Counted from the stretch's first letter, positions 19,300-28,447 are shown. The stretch is DNA of 64,000 nt from Candidatus Micrarchaeota archaeon (GCA_026982895.1 JALWQW010000030.1:14115-78114); one strand, 5' to 3'. The notes: generated by a model not told the origin, from the letters alone. Numbers and translations: made by a program.

Positions 19300-20445
19300 A
19301 TGGCGGAAGACTATGAATTAGATTTAGAGGGGAAAATTAGAGATTATTATCCTGGCAGCACAAAACGATTGGAGGCTTTTATTAATTCTGTAATGAGACG
19401 AGACCCCGTTAAAGGAATAGCTCTTTATTACCTTCTTCAAAGCGAAATGCGTGTTGGCGGAACGGGCGTAAGATTAAAAGCGAAAAAAGAACTTTTGAAG
19501 CTTGCCGTCGGTGGAAAAATATTTAAGGATATGATAGATAAAGAGGGGGGCACAAAATCAGCATTCATAAAACATCCCATTACAGCACTTATGTACTATA
19601 CTTACAAAAAAGTCGCTGAGAGAAAGGTAAGACATATGAGCATGACACCATTTCAAATAAGCGTTGATATAATATATGATGAATTTAAAAGGCATAAAAA
19701 ATTAGGAGTGCTTTTAGACATTATAAAAAACAGCCCACTGGCAAAAGACGCTGAAATTATGAAAATGATAAAAGAAATATCAACTAAAAAAACGGTTAAA
19801 GAGCGGAGAGAACTGTTTGAAGGTTTATTGTACAGGGCGTTGCTTACAGAAGAGTATAAGAATAAAATAATTGTCTCGGACTTGATAATTGAAAACTTTT
19901 TAGGCATCATTGAAGACAGTTTCAAATTACTTGAAAATTATGTAAAAAAGGAGATAAAAACCCTTCCAAAAGCCATACAAAAGGCTGAAAAGGAAAAAGA
20001 TGATGTTATTGATAGGGCCATATCACTAGCTTTAAGATACCACTATGGCAGCTATGCACGAATATTTAAGCAATATATTACAGCGCTCGTTGCCAAAAAG
20101 CTGGAAGAAGAGGGTAAATTAAATTTAAATGAAGATAAATGTTTTGTTATAGGGCCAAAAAGGAATATTAAAGGCAAAGCCAAATGGTCCGAATTATACC
20201 AAAAGATTTATGGTGTTTATCCCGGGCAGGAGCCCAATATAAAAGATGTTATTGAGAAGTATGCACAGATATTTGGAAAGCTCCCTTCGTTGTACATTAA
20301 TCCTCAAAGGCTGTCGAAATTATTGGAGAGCGACAAGGGATTAAAGTTCGTTATAGGCTACGACGCTGGATTAAAAGATTTGGTTGAGATGAAAAACAAG
20401 GAAAAGAAGGATAAGAATGTCGCTGATAGATATTTAGAAAGATAA
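19300..20445 (+). CDS. hypothetical protein (381 aa)
   Basis: Long Lys/Glu-rich ORF, no recognised motif. Confidence 0.7.
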   Translation: MAEDYELDLEGKIRDYYPGSTKRLEAFINSVMRRDPVKGIALYYLLQSEMRVGGTGVRLKAKKELLKLAVGGKIFKDMIDKEGGTKSAFIKHPITALMYYTYKKVAERKVRHMSMTPFQISVDIIYDEFKRHKKLGVLLDIIKNSPLAKDAEIMKMIKEISTKKTVKERRELFEGLLYRALLTEEYKNKIIVSDLIIENFLGIIEDSFKLLENYVKKEIKTLPKAIQKAEKEKDDVIDRAISLALRYHYGSYARIFKQYITALVAKKLEEEGKLNLNEDKCFVIGPKRNIKGKAKWSELYQKIYGVYPGQEPNIKDVIEKYAQIFGKLPSLYINPQRLSKLLESDKGLKFVIGYDAGLKDLVEMKNKEKKDKNVADRYLER

Positions 20446-20455
20446 GTTGTTGGAT

Positions 20456-20791
20456 TCATTCTAATAATCTTCTGAATATAGCTATGCGGCGCTTAAATCC
20501 ATCGTTTAAAGAAAAGACGGTGAAATTAGGCATCCTTCCAATGACATGTACTGATATCGAACCTACAACCATATTCACTTTCGGGTCTTCCAAATTAGCT
20601 TGATTAAGAAGCTGGAAGGATATAGGGCTTATGCCATAGATATCACAGTATCTTTGAAGAGTCTCTCTGCTTTTTATGAAAATAGTGCGCTCGCTGGGAG
20701 ATTTAAATGAAGTTAGGCGGGCCTTCTTATTATTGGCTATAGGTTCAGCCAATGGCGTTATATTTAGTTTAATTTTTAGCATAGCCTTCAC
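20456..20791 (-). CDS. hypothetical protein
   Basis: Fills intergenic gap; upstream TATA element. Confidence 0.5.
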   Translation of the reverse strand: MKAMLKIKLNITPLAEPIANNKKARLTSFKSPSERTIFIKSRETLQRYCDIYGISPISFQLLNQANLEDPKVNMVVGSISVHVIGRMPNFTVFSLNDGFKRRIAIFRRLLE

Positions 20792-20881
20792 TTATGTTAG
20801 AAAAGGTTTATAAATAAGCACATGATTGCCTAAATATACTCTTTAAGCTTAAAACAACAAACAAATAAATGAAAATAAAAG

Positions 20882-21778
20882 TTAGCTAAGAACAGAGTAA
20901 AAGCTCTTAAAGCCATGCGCCTGCAAAAGCTCAGCCGCAGCCTTAGCCTTCTCCTCGCTGTCGAAGAGCGCTACGAGGTTTCCACCTGCTCCACCGCCTG
21001 TAATTTTGGAGCCCAAAGCACCAGCCCCTTGCAAAAGAAGCCTCGCCAGCTCCGTCTTATCGGTCGAGAGGTTAAAGCAGCTCAGCAGGCCATGATCGAC
21101 ATCCATAAGGTAGCCGATGTAAGGCAGCTCGCCTTTTTCTATTGCCTTTATAGCTTCGTTGAATAGAAAGCCATAAGCCTCGAAGACATGCTCTGTCATG
21201 GCAGGATACTGCTCTTTCCTTTCCCTCACATAGTCGACGGTTTCCTTTGTGCTCTTCAAGTTTTGCCCTGTGCTAACAATAAGGAGATGTAAGGACTTAC
21301 CCACACTGAAAGGTTTTATGTCGAACTTTCCGGGGCCTAGCCGCTTGAAGACGAGAGGCTTTCCATATGTCGCTGCAGAGTTATCTATGCCAGAAGGCGT
21401 TCCGTGGAAAACAACTTCACCCTCCCATGCCGCTTTGTTTATTTCGTCGTCGCTCTTCCCCAGCTTTAAAAGATCATTCACAGCCCTCGCAAAGGCCACA
21501 TTCAAAGCCGCTGACGAGCCAAGGTTTTGGCCGATGGGCACTGTTTGTTTAACAACAACGGAAAAGGTCTTCCCCTCTATGCTTAAAGTAGAGAGGATGC
21601 GTTTAAACGCCTCCGTCACTTTATCATCCATGTTCCAAGGACCCTCTTTTACTTCTACGACCGTTTTAATCGAAGGCAAAGAAGCGACAATAGCATCATA
21701 GCCATGCACAACGAAGTGCTCGCCGAAGAGAATCACCTTTCCGTAGCCAACACCCACGCCAATTTTTTCGTCTGTCAT
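20882..21778 (-). CDS. mvk: mevalonate kinase
   Basis: GKVILFGEHFVVHG, PIGQNLGSSAA, HGTPSGIDN, KITGGGAGG. Confidence 0.93.
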   Translation of the reverse strand: MTDEKIGVGVGYGKVILFGEHFVVHGYDAIVASLPSIKTVVEVKEGPWNMDDKVTEAFKRILSTLSIEGKTFSVVVKQTVPIGQNLGSSAALNVAFARAVNDLLKLGKSDDEINKAAWEGEVVFHGTPSGIDNSAATYGKPLVFKRLGPGKFDIKPFSVGKSLHLLIVSTGQNLKSTKETVDYVRERKEQYPAMTEHVFEAYGFLFNEAIKAIEKGELPYIGYLMDVDHGLLSCFNLSTDKTELARLLLQGAGALGSKITGGGAGGNLVALFDSEEKAKAAAELLQAHGFKSFYSVLS

Positions 21779-21804
21779 AATTTCACCAACATAATTATGA
21801 ATAA

Positions 21805-22905
21805 TTAAATCAGCTTAACATCCAAAGCAGAGAGCTTTAACCCTTCCTTCTCGCCTGCTTCTATAATTTTGCCGACATCCACTGTGCTGCCGTCAGTAAT
21901 GAAAGCTAAGCTGTCCCAGCCGCCGGCTCCAGGGCATCTCCCTGCAACGATACCTGGCAGCTTCTCCGCTTCTTCTATAATGCGGCTGAGAGGCTCTGGC
22001 TCAACAGGATCAAAATCAGGGACTATGGCCTTTATCTTTTCCTGCATTTCTCTGTGGACAGCTCTAGCCTCATGCGTATAGTGCCTAACAGCAGCAAAGT
22101 CCCTTGCCTTTAAGGCCTCTATAGCCTTCCTCTCTATTTCATCCTGCTTATTCATCAAGACTTTGAACTCCTCTTCGTTGCTCTTCTTCCACTCCTTCCA
22201 TGCTTTTACTGCCGAGATACTAGATGTCTTAGCCCCTCCTATATTGAAGACAAGCAAGCCCACATCTAAATCAATAGGCGTGACGCTGAGACCCTCCCAT
22301 TCCCTTTCTAAGCTTTCGAAAACAGCCTTTTTGAATACATCCTCGCTGAGGTGAGAAGGTAGAGTAATAGCACTAGGATCATACCTTTGGTAGACAATAC
22401 TCTTTCCATATGTGCTCGTCGCTATGTCAAAGCCCGAGCCGATTTTTTGAGCAAAAAACGCATAGGCGATTTGAGAGAGTTTGTGTATTGTGTCTAAATG
22501 ACTAGCTGTATCAACATCGTTAGCCTCAAACAACGCTTTGGAGACGGCAACGACAGCAGCAGCAGAAGAGCCCAAGCCAGATTTCTCATCTTTATCGCCG
22601 AAGATTGGGCTATTGAATAACTCGATTTCCACATCACCCTTCCATAAGCCCTTCGATTTGAGGAAGAGCTCAGCGACTAAATAGGGATACTCCACAAGCG
22701 TTAGCTCTTTCTTATTCAGAGAAGGTTCTACCAAAAGGTCGAATTGATGTGAGGCAATGCTCCTTTTTCCTCTTTTATAATTGGCAGTAACACCCCTGCC
22801 TTCTTTATCCGCCACGGCCAAAGACAAACTAATATGCCCTTTAATAAGGACTGAATAAGCACCATAGAATAAAACCTTGCCCGGCACAGTCAGAGATCCA
22901 GACAC
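21805..22905 (-). CDS. phosphomevalonate kinase (GHMP, ERG8/MvaK2-like)
   Basis: PGKVLFYGAYSVL, KSGLGSSAA, QKIGSGFDIA, PGAGGWDS; between mvk and decarboxylase. Confidence 0.85.
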   Translation of the reverse strand: MSGSLTVPGKVLFYGAYSVLIKGHISLSLAVADKEGRGVTANYKRGKRSIASHQFDLLVEPSLNKKELTLVEYPYLVAELFLKSKGLWKGDVEIELFNSPIFGDKDEKSGLGSSAAAVVAVSKALFEANDVDTASHLDTIHKLSQIAYAFFAQKIGSGFDIATSTYGKSIVYQRYDPSAITLPSHLSEDVFKKAVFESLEREWEGLSVTPIDLDVGLLVFNIGGAKTSSISAVKAWKEWKKSNEEEFKVLMNKQDEIERKAIEALKARDFAAVRHYTHEARAVHREMQEKIKAIVPDFDPVEPEPLSRIIEEAEKLPGIVAGRCPGAGGWDSLAFITDGSTVDVGKIIEAGEKEGLKLSALDVKLI

Positions 22906-22908
22906 GAA

Positions 22909-23997
22909 TTATCCCTCTACAAACACAGGCCCCTTACCCATCTTTGTCACAAATACATTTTCTTTACCGACGATCTCCGCTAAGCGAGAACTCACCTCGC
23001 TTTCGTATTGAGCCAAAGTGAAAACAACAGCATTAGGTCCAGCGTCGAAGGTATAAGCAGCTTTTACCTCACTTTCATTCAAGTCCAGCACAGCGTCTAT
23101 GATTTGCTCGGATGTATCATTTAAGTAGCGAATGCGCGGCTCAGTATAGTACATCATGGCATGCAAGCCATTACTCATCATCATTATATCATTAGCTAAT
23201 TGAGGGAAATTTTTATCCGCTATTCTGTCTATAACGCGAGGAAGAACCTTATTTTCCTCATATTCCACCCATTGAGAATAAACAGGATTAGTCTTAATAG
23301 TCATCTTCATTCCAGCCCTGCTCTTCACTGCCTTCTCCCCCTTCTTCACCTTCGTATAGATAATGCGGAGCTCTGGCCAATGTTCTGGCGGAAAGAGGGA
23401 TTCCGCATAGCTGCTGAATATTATATCTTTTTTCTCTTCGTCGGGAACATCTTCTGGCCTCTTGGGAAAGTCCATTGGAATGCCCTTATGCCATACCACA
23501 ACACCACCTTCGGAAGGAATGCTTCGCGTCGCTGAGCCGCTCCCTAAACGGGCAAAGACGCTAAGCTTCTTGTCGTCGCTGAAATACTCTTCATAAACCT
23601 CTGGTTCAAGCTCCTTCATAGCGCCCTGTAACGCTTTGGCCATCGCAGCAAAGCCGCTGGCAGAAGAAGCAAAGCCTGCCGCTGTAGGAAAGTTATTCTT
23701 GCTCACGACACGGTAGTTATACCCCTTTGTCTCCGGTACGAGCTCAAAGAGCTTTTTTATGTAAACATCGACATATTCAAACTCCTTTTGCTCGGGTTTT
23801 ATTTCCTCGCCGTTCAATGTGAAGCTTACCTCTCCATTCCCTTCTTCCACTTCCAACATCGTTTCAGTGTAAAGGCCGTCAACAGTAAAGGAAAGGGAGC
23901 TTTTCGTCGGAATGTGGAAGTATTCCCACAAAGGATTTTTACCCCAATACTTGACTATTGCTATATTCGTCGGTGCTCTAACGGTGATTTTTACCAT
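22909..23997 (-). CDS. mvaD: diphosphomevalonate decarboxylase
   Basis: NIAIVKYWGK, NNFPTAAGFASSASG, ARLGSGSA, YTFDAGPN. Confidence 0.9.
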   Translation of the reverse strand: MVKITVRAPTNIAIVKYWGKNPLWEYFHIPTKSSLSFTVDGLYTETMLEVEEGNGEVSFTLNGEEIKPEQKEFEYVDVYIKKLFELVPETKGYNYRVVSKNNFPTAAGFASSASGFAAMAKALQGAMKELEPEVYEEYFSDDKKLSVFARLGSGSATRSIPSEGGVVVWHKGIPMDFPKRPEDVPDEEKKDIIFSSYAESLFPPEHWPELRIIYTKVKKGEKAVKSRAGMKMTIKTNPVYSQWVEYEENKVLPRVIDRIADKNFPQLANDIMMMSNGLHAMMYYTEPRIRYLNDTSEQIIDAVLDLNESEVKAAYTFDAGPNAVVFTLAQYESEVSSRLAEIVGKENVFVTKMGKGPVFVEG

Positions 23998-24049
23998 AGC
24001 TCCCTATTAAGCGGGAAGCCTTTTAAATAAATAAGGCCTTTTTAAGGCG

Positions 24050-24790
24050 ATGGTAGATATAATAATTTTCGATGTAGGCGGCGTCTTCAGAGATAGTAGA
24101 GAGGCCATTCATGTGGCTATGAAGAAAGGCTTCGAAGAAGAAGAAGGCCATGAGTTAACGCTCAACGCCGATGAGGTGTGGCGCGTTCGAGGCCTCTTCT
24201 CGTTAAACGGCTCAAAGGCCTTTATTCGCGCTTGCCTTGCGGATATGGACGCTTGTAAAGAGCTGCCGACACTGCCCTATCAAAAAGCAGAAGAAAAAGC
24301 AAAAGCGCTCTTGGAAGAGCCTGTGGATGAAGGGATGGTTAAAAGGATAAGAGCAAAGTATAAAGAAGTATTCTCATCTGACGAAGTAAGAGCGCTCATC
24401 AAGTTACACCCAAAAGCCGAAGAGGTGGTGAAAGTCCTTAAAGGACAATATACGCTGGCAATAGTAAGCAATGCATCCCACAAGAGCCTAAAGAGAGATA
24501 TAGGCAGGCTCCTTCCCTTCTTCGATGTTATCGTAGCCGACGAAGACATGGAGAAGAAAAAGCCCAACCCGGAAGGCCTATTAACGGCCTTGGAAAAGCT
24601 GAATGCAGCACCTCAGCAAGCAGTTTACGTCGGAGATGCAATCAGCGATTACACCGCCGCCAAAAGAGCAGGAATGGCCTTTATAGGAGTAAAGGATGGC
24701 ATGGCAGGAGAGAAATGGCTAAGGGAAGCTGGCTGCGATAAAGTAGTGGGATTAGAAGAGCTAGAAGACCTTTTAGGCGATTCCTCATAA
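24050..24790 (+). CDS. HAD-family hydrolase (phosphoglycolate phosphatase-like)
   Basis: FDVGGV, VSN, KKPNPE, VGDAISD. Confidence 0.85.
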   Translation: MVDIIIFDVGGVFRDSREAIHVAMKKGFEEEEGHELTLNADEVWRVRGLFSLNGSKAFIRACLADMDACKELPTLPYQKAEEKAKALLEEPVDEGMVKRIRAKYKEVFSSDEVRALIKLHPKAEEVVKVLKGQYTLAIVSNASHKSLKRDIGRLLPFFDVIVADEDMEKKKPNPEGLLTALEKLNAAPQQAVYVGDAISDYTAAKRAGMAFIGVKDGMAGEKWLREAGCDKVVGLEELEDLLGDSS

Positions 24791-24791
24791 A

Positions 24792-24878
24792 TCAAGCAAA
24801 ATATCTAAAGCCCTTTCTTCCGCTCTTGTCTGTTTTTCTTTGGCGACTGCCGTTATTCTTAAATCGCTCGTGGGCCAT
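24792..24878 (-). CDS. putative small basic protein (28 aa; absent from ORF track)
   Basis: MAHERFKNNGSRQRKTDKSGRKGFRYFA; TATA-like element at 24901-24910; stop abuts the HAD stop. Confidence 0.4.
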   Translation of the reverse strand: MAHERFKNNGSRQRKTDKSGRKGFRYFA

Positions 24879-24907
24879 AGGGAGTATTATAGTCAATAAT
24901 ATTTTTA

Positions 24908-24970
24908 AATCAACACTAATTGAAACACTACTAAAAATACTATTCTAATACCCCCTTACATGTGTTAAAA
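24908..24970 (+). repeat. attC-like imperfect hairpin repeat, copy A
   Basis: AATCAAC...GTTAAAA, 63 bp; 45/59 aligned positions identical to copy B. Confidence 0.55.
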
Positions 24971-24986
24971 TTATACCCTCCCACAA

Positions 24987-26100
24987 GGCTCTGTATAAAC
25001 TCTCAATAAGCCACATTCACAATTAATAACCCACCCTAATTTCTATCTAAAATCCAACGCAAAAACACCTAGAGAAAACACACTTATACACCGTTGGTAG
25101 GTTTAAAAACCCACCGTCGGTAATATAGATATAATATACACACAAACCAAGAGTATCTTACAACCGATCTATCCAATTAGTGAGTATGAAAACATATTAA
25201 AGCCCTTGCTTTTTGAAGCTGGCATAAGAGAAACTTCTAACAAATATCACAACAAGATATACGACGACCATGTGAAGTTCTACCTTCTCTTATTAAAGGA
25301 AGAGCTAAATCTATCATGTAGGAACTTAATAAAGACGATAAATAAGCTAAACGTAACAAGAAATTTAGGCCTTAAGAAGATACCTCACTTCACTACTCTA
25401 CAAAAGTTCTTACAAAGAATAGGAGAAGAAAAGCTAAGAGAGCTTATCTCCGCTTTTAGGAAGTTAATAAAGCCTGAAAAGCTCCTTATAGCTGATCTAC
25501 CGGCTTCGAAATAATGCACTCAAGCAAGTATTATGATAGAAGGATTAAAAGAGAACCAAAAGACTTTGTAAAAATGAGTGTGTTAATAGATCACGATACG
25601 AAAATAGTCTTAGACGCTTATTCAGAGGTGAGTAAAAAGCACGATATTAAGATGCTTGAAGAGCAGTTAGATGAATTGAATTTAAGCGGGTTTAAGTATT
25701 TTATAGCTGATAAAGGCTACGATTCTATGAGCTTATACTTCTTCTTTAGAGAGAAGGAAGTAAAGTTCATTGTACCAAGAAGAGAAAATAGGGCTAAGAA
25801 GTTAGGCTTATATACGCGGAGAAGGGGTGGTATACTTTTAGCTGTTAGAGAAAAGCAGTTCAATCTTCTGATTTATAGAAAGAGAAGTGTAGTTGAAGCT
25901 GTCTTCTCTTATATAAAGAGAAGGTTTGGCAGCTACATCCAAGCTGCCAATAAGAGAAATAGAGTAAAAGGAGCTTATCTTAAGATTGTCGTGTATAATT
26001 TGGGAGTTGTAAAGAAGCTATTAAGTGAAGGATCTATTCGTGGAATAGGTGCTTCATACTCTTTTCTTGTTATTGTGGAGGTGGGGATTTCTACTGAGCC
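24987..26100 (+). mobile_element. IS5-family insertion sequence (1114 bp)
   Basis: Imperfect terminal inverted repeats: GGCTCTGTATAAACTC at 24987 and GGCTCAGTAGAAATCC (reverse complement of the end at 26100); DDE transposase inside; no target-site duplication seen. Confidence 0.88.
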
Positions 26101-26104
26101 GTAG
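25134..26104 (+). pseudogene. IS5-family transposase, frameshifted
   Basis: IPHFTTLQKF, ADKGYDS, YRKRSVVEAVFSYIKR; 1-nt deletion at ~25496 (GAT-CT-ACC-GGC-TTC) breaks the D(S)TGF motif; frame is open upstream to ATA 25134, ~25 bp after TTTAAAAA. Confidence 0.85.
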
Positions 26105-26205
26105 AATATATCTCGAGACGGTTGAAAAAGGTCTAATCTAAATAGTTGTACTGTAATTATAAAAGTCAACAAAAATCAAATTGATAAATCAAATCATCAT
26201 ATTAA

Positions 26206-26823
26206 TTAATGATGCAATCTCTTAATTCTTTTATTTTTTCTCGTGTTAATCTTTCTTGACCTTAGCTTTGTATTGATTATTTGATTATATTTGTATTTTA
26301 ATTCCTCATTATGTATAGTGTTACTAGTAGGAATTAAATTTCCATGATTATGAGTATATCTCTTTCCATTTAATCTCTCTTCCATTGTTTTAAATAAGTT
26401 GAGATATAAATTATATTTTTTCGTTCCTCTCGGAATAATTCTTTTAGATGGTTCAGGTGGTATAATAATAAAATATGGTTTATAATTTATTAGTCTCATA
26501 ATAGTATTGCCTTTTTTTTCTAGATCAATTTCTGTAGCACTAAAAGGGAAAACACTATTGAAGATTGTTAAATATTCTTCATCCCCTTTTTTGGATAATT
26601 CTAAGTATTCAGTATATATATCCAATAAGTGATGTTTAGTATAAGCCACTTTATTTTTAGATTCCTTAACTTTTTTTGCTTCTAGATTGTGATAATGCCA
26701 TTTTCCATAAAAATCAGCAAAGGACATTATACCCAGATTAAGTAGAACGAAAGCAACCCAATAAATTAAATAGCGTATTTCACAGTTTTCAGGAGTTGTG
26801 CAATACACTTTAGAGTATTTCAT
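26206..26823 (-). CDS. hypothetical protein, very AT-rich island gene
   Basis: 205-aa ORF, N-terminal hydrophobic segment, TKHH and NLIPTSNTIH segments. Confidence 0.65.
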   Translation of the reverse strand: MKYSKVYCTTPENCEIRYLIYWVAFVLLNLGIMSFADFYGKWHYHNLEAKKVKESKNKVAYTKHHLLDIYTEYLELSKKGDEEYLTIFNSVFPFSATEIDLEKKGNTIMRLINYKPYFIIIPPEPSKRIIPRGTKKYNLYLNLFKTMEERLNGKRYTHNHGNLIPTSNTIHNEELKYKYNQIINTKLRSRKINTRKNKRIKRLHH

Positions 26824-26881
26824 AGATATATTGTATTATACAAAACATTTTAAAACGTAAGGAGTGATATAGCTCTATAGA

Positions 26882-26987
26882 GGCTCTGTATAAACTCTCA
26901 ATAAGCCACATTCACAATTAATAACCCACCCTAATTTCTATCTAAAATCCAACGCAAAAACACCTAGAGAAAACACACTTATACACC
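26882..26987 (+). mobile_element. truncated IS5 left end (106-bp exact copy of 24987-25092)
   Basis: Base-for-base identical from GGCTCTGTATAAAC to CTTATACACC. Confidence 0.92.
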
Positions 26988-27045
26988 AACACTAATTAAA
27001 ACGCTATTGAGAGCATTACCTTAATACTCCTTAAATGTGTTAAAT
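26984..27045 (+). repeat. attC-like imperfect hairpin repeat, copy B
   Basis: CACCAAC...GTTAAAT, 62 bp; inner stem TATTGAG/CTTAATA. Confidence 0.55.
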
Positions 27046-27084
27046 TAGGCAGCACAATAATAAAAGAATAAAAAAGGTAAAAAC

Positions 27085-27960
27085 TTAGACGCACTTCCTG
27101 TTCTTTACATCGCAGATTTGCCCTGTTCCACAGTCGCTGTCCGTGTTACATCTACCAGGTTTAACATTGCAGCTCCTCGAAGACTGATCACAGTACTCCC
27201 AATCCTTACAATCGTTATCCGTGTTACAGCGGCCTCTTTGAGCGACGCATATATGCTGCTTTCTATCGCAGTACTCCCATGAGCGACATTCGCTGCTCGT
27301 GTCGCAGTAACCAGGAAGAGCTTCACATTTATGGCTCATTTCGCTGTTCTTGCTGTCCAAAACACAATACTGCCAGTCGCCACAATCTTCGTCGCTGTTG
27401 CAGAAGCCAGATCTAGCGACACATTCATGGCTGCTTTCATTGCAGGACTCCCATGCTTCACAATCCTTGTCAGAAGTACAAAAGCCTGCTATGGGCACAC
27501 ATCGATTATCTTTGCAGATCTGCCAGCTCGCTTCACAATCATAGTCACTCTTACATAAGCCTGGCTTTGTTTTACAAACATGGCTATCCTGATCGCAGAC
27601 TTCATCTTTAGCACAGTCTGAATCAGCAGCGCAGAAACCCTTTGCAGGAACGCATTGATTGCTTGCTGTGTTGCATACCTGCCAGGTATCACAATCAGCA
27701 TCTGTGCCACAATTCCCAGCCTTTGCTTCGCAGAAGTGGCTCTTCTTATCGCATGTCTGCCAGCCCTCACAGTCGTTATTGGAAACACATCTGCCAGGTA
27801 ATGGCTCGCACATTTTCTTCTCCATGTTACAGCTCTGCCAACTGCTACAATCAGCGTTGCTGGAACACTTTTTCAATTCTGTATTAACGCAACCACTAAG
27901 TAATATAACTGCCGCCAGAAGGGCGACAATAAAAACTGCCAAAAGGAATCGCTTATCCAT
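27085..27960 (-). CDS. Cys-rich repeat lipoprotein-like surface protein
   Basis: Signal peptide with LSGC lipobox-like motif; ten ~26-aa repeats CxxDxDCxxW(Q/E)xCx6Cx4Gx. Confidence 0.88.
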   Translation of the reverse strand: MDKRFLLAVFIVALLAAVILLSGCVNTELKKCSSNADCSSWQSCNMEKKMCEPLPGRCVSNNDCEGWQTCDKKSHFCEAKAGNCGTDADCDTWQVCNTASNQCVPAKGFCAADSDCAKDEVCDQDSHVCKTKPGLCKSDYDCEASWQICKDNRCVPIAGFCTSDKDCEAWESCNESSHECVARSGFCNSDEDCGDWQYCVLDSKNSEMSHKCEALPGYCDTSSECRSWEYCDRKQHICVAQRGRCNTDNDCKDWEYCDQSSRSCNVKPGRCNTDSDCGTGQICDVKNRKCV

Positions 27961-27979
27961 AGCCTAACCCCCAAAAAGA

Positions 27980-28447
27980 TTACTTACGCTTCTTTTTGGA
28001 GGAAGCTTTTTTATTTTTAGTGGTTTTTCTGGTAGTTTTTTTACCAGCCTTTTTCTTTGCAGGCTTCTTTGCCCTTTTAGCAGGAGCTTTTTTTGCTTTA
28101 GCCCTCTTAGCAGTCGTGCGTTTCTTTGTCGTCTTCTTTGCAGCCTTTTTAACTTTTGGCTTCGCTTCTTTTCTCTCTGTCATAGGCTCTGTTTTAAGGG
28201 AACGCTCGGATTCCAGCTTATACTCTAATTCCTCCTCGGCAAGACACTCTGGGCATGTATTTATCTTCAATAGAGAGTATATAGGACAAACGCCCACAAA
28301 CCCAGTTATGAGTAACCAAAAAGCGGCCAGCACTAATCCTGTCTTTAACCAGTCAGTAGTTCCCACCTGGGGGCTCATTGCAGCAAACAAGAGAATCAAG
28401 CCCACTATAATTCTAACAATCTGATCAACACTTCCGACATTGTGCAT
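27980..28447 (-). CDS. DUF2892 (YgaP-like) membrane protein with Lys/Ala-rich tail
   Basis: NVGSVDQIVRIIVG...TGFVGVCPIYSLLKINTC; histone-H1-like C-terminus. Confidence 0.85.
   Translation of the reverse strand: MHNVGSVDQIVRIIVGLILLFAAMSPQVGTTDWLKTGLVLAAFWLLITGFVGVCPIYSLLKINTCPECLAEEELEYKLESERSLKTEPMTERKEAKPKVKKAAKKTTKKRTTAKRAKAKKAPAKRAKKPAKKKAGKKTTRKTTKNKKASSKKKRK

Noticed and set aside
25480..25520. Programmed frameshift in the IS5 transposase
   Set aside because: No slippery run at the junction; a single missing T in the D-S-T-G-F codons explains it better
24908..27045. CRISPR array or prophage att sites
   Set aside because: Only two long diverged repeats and one IS-derived duplication; no regular repeat-spacer period, no tRNA-derived att, no viral or integrase genes
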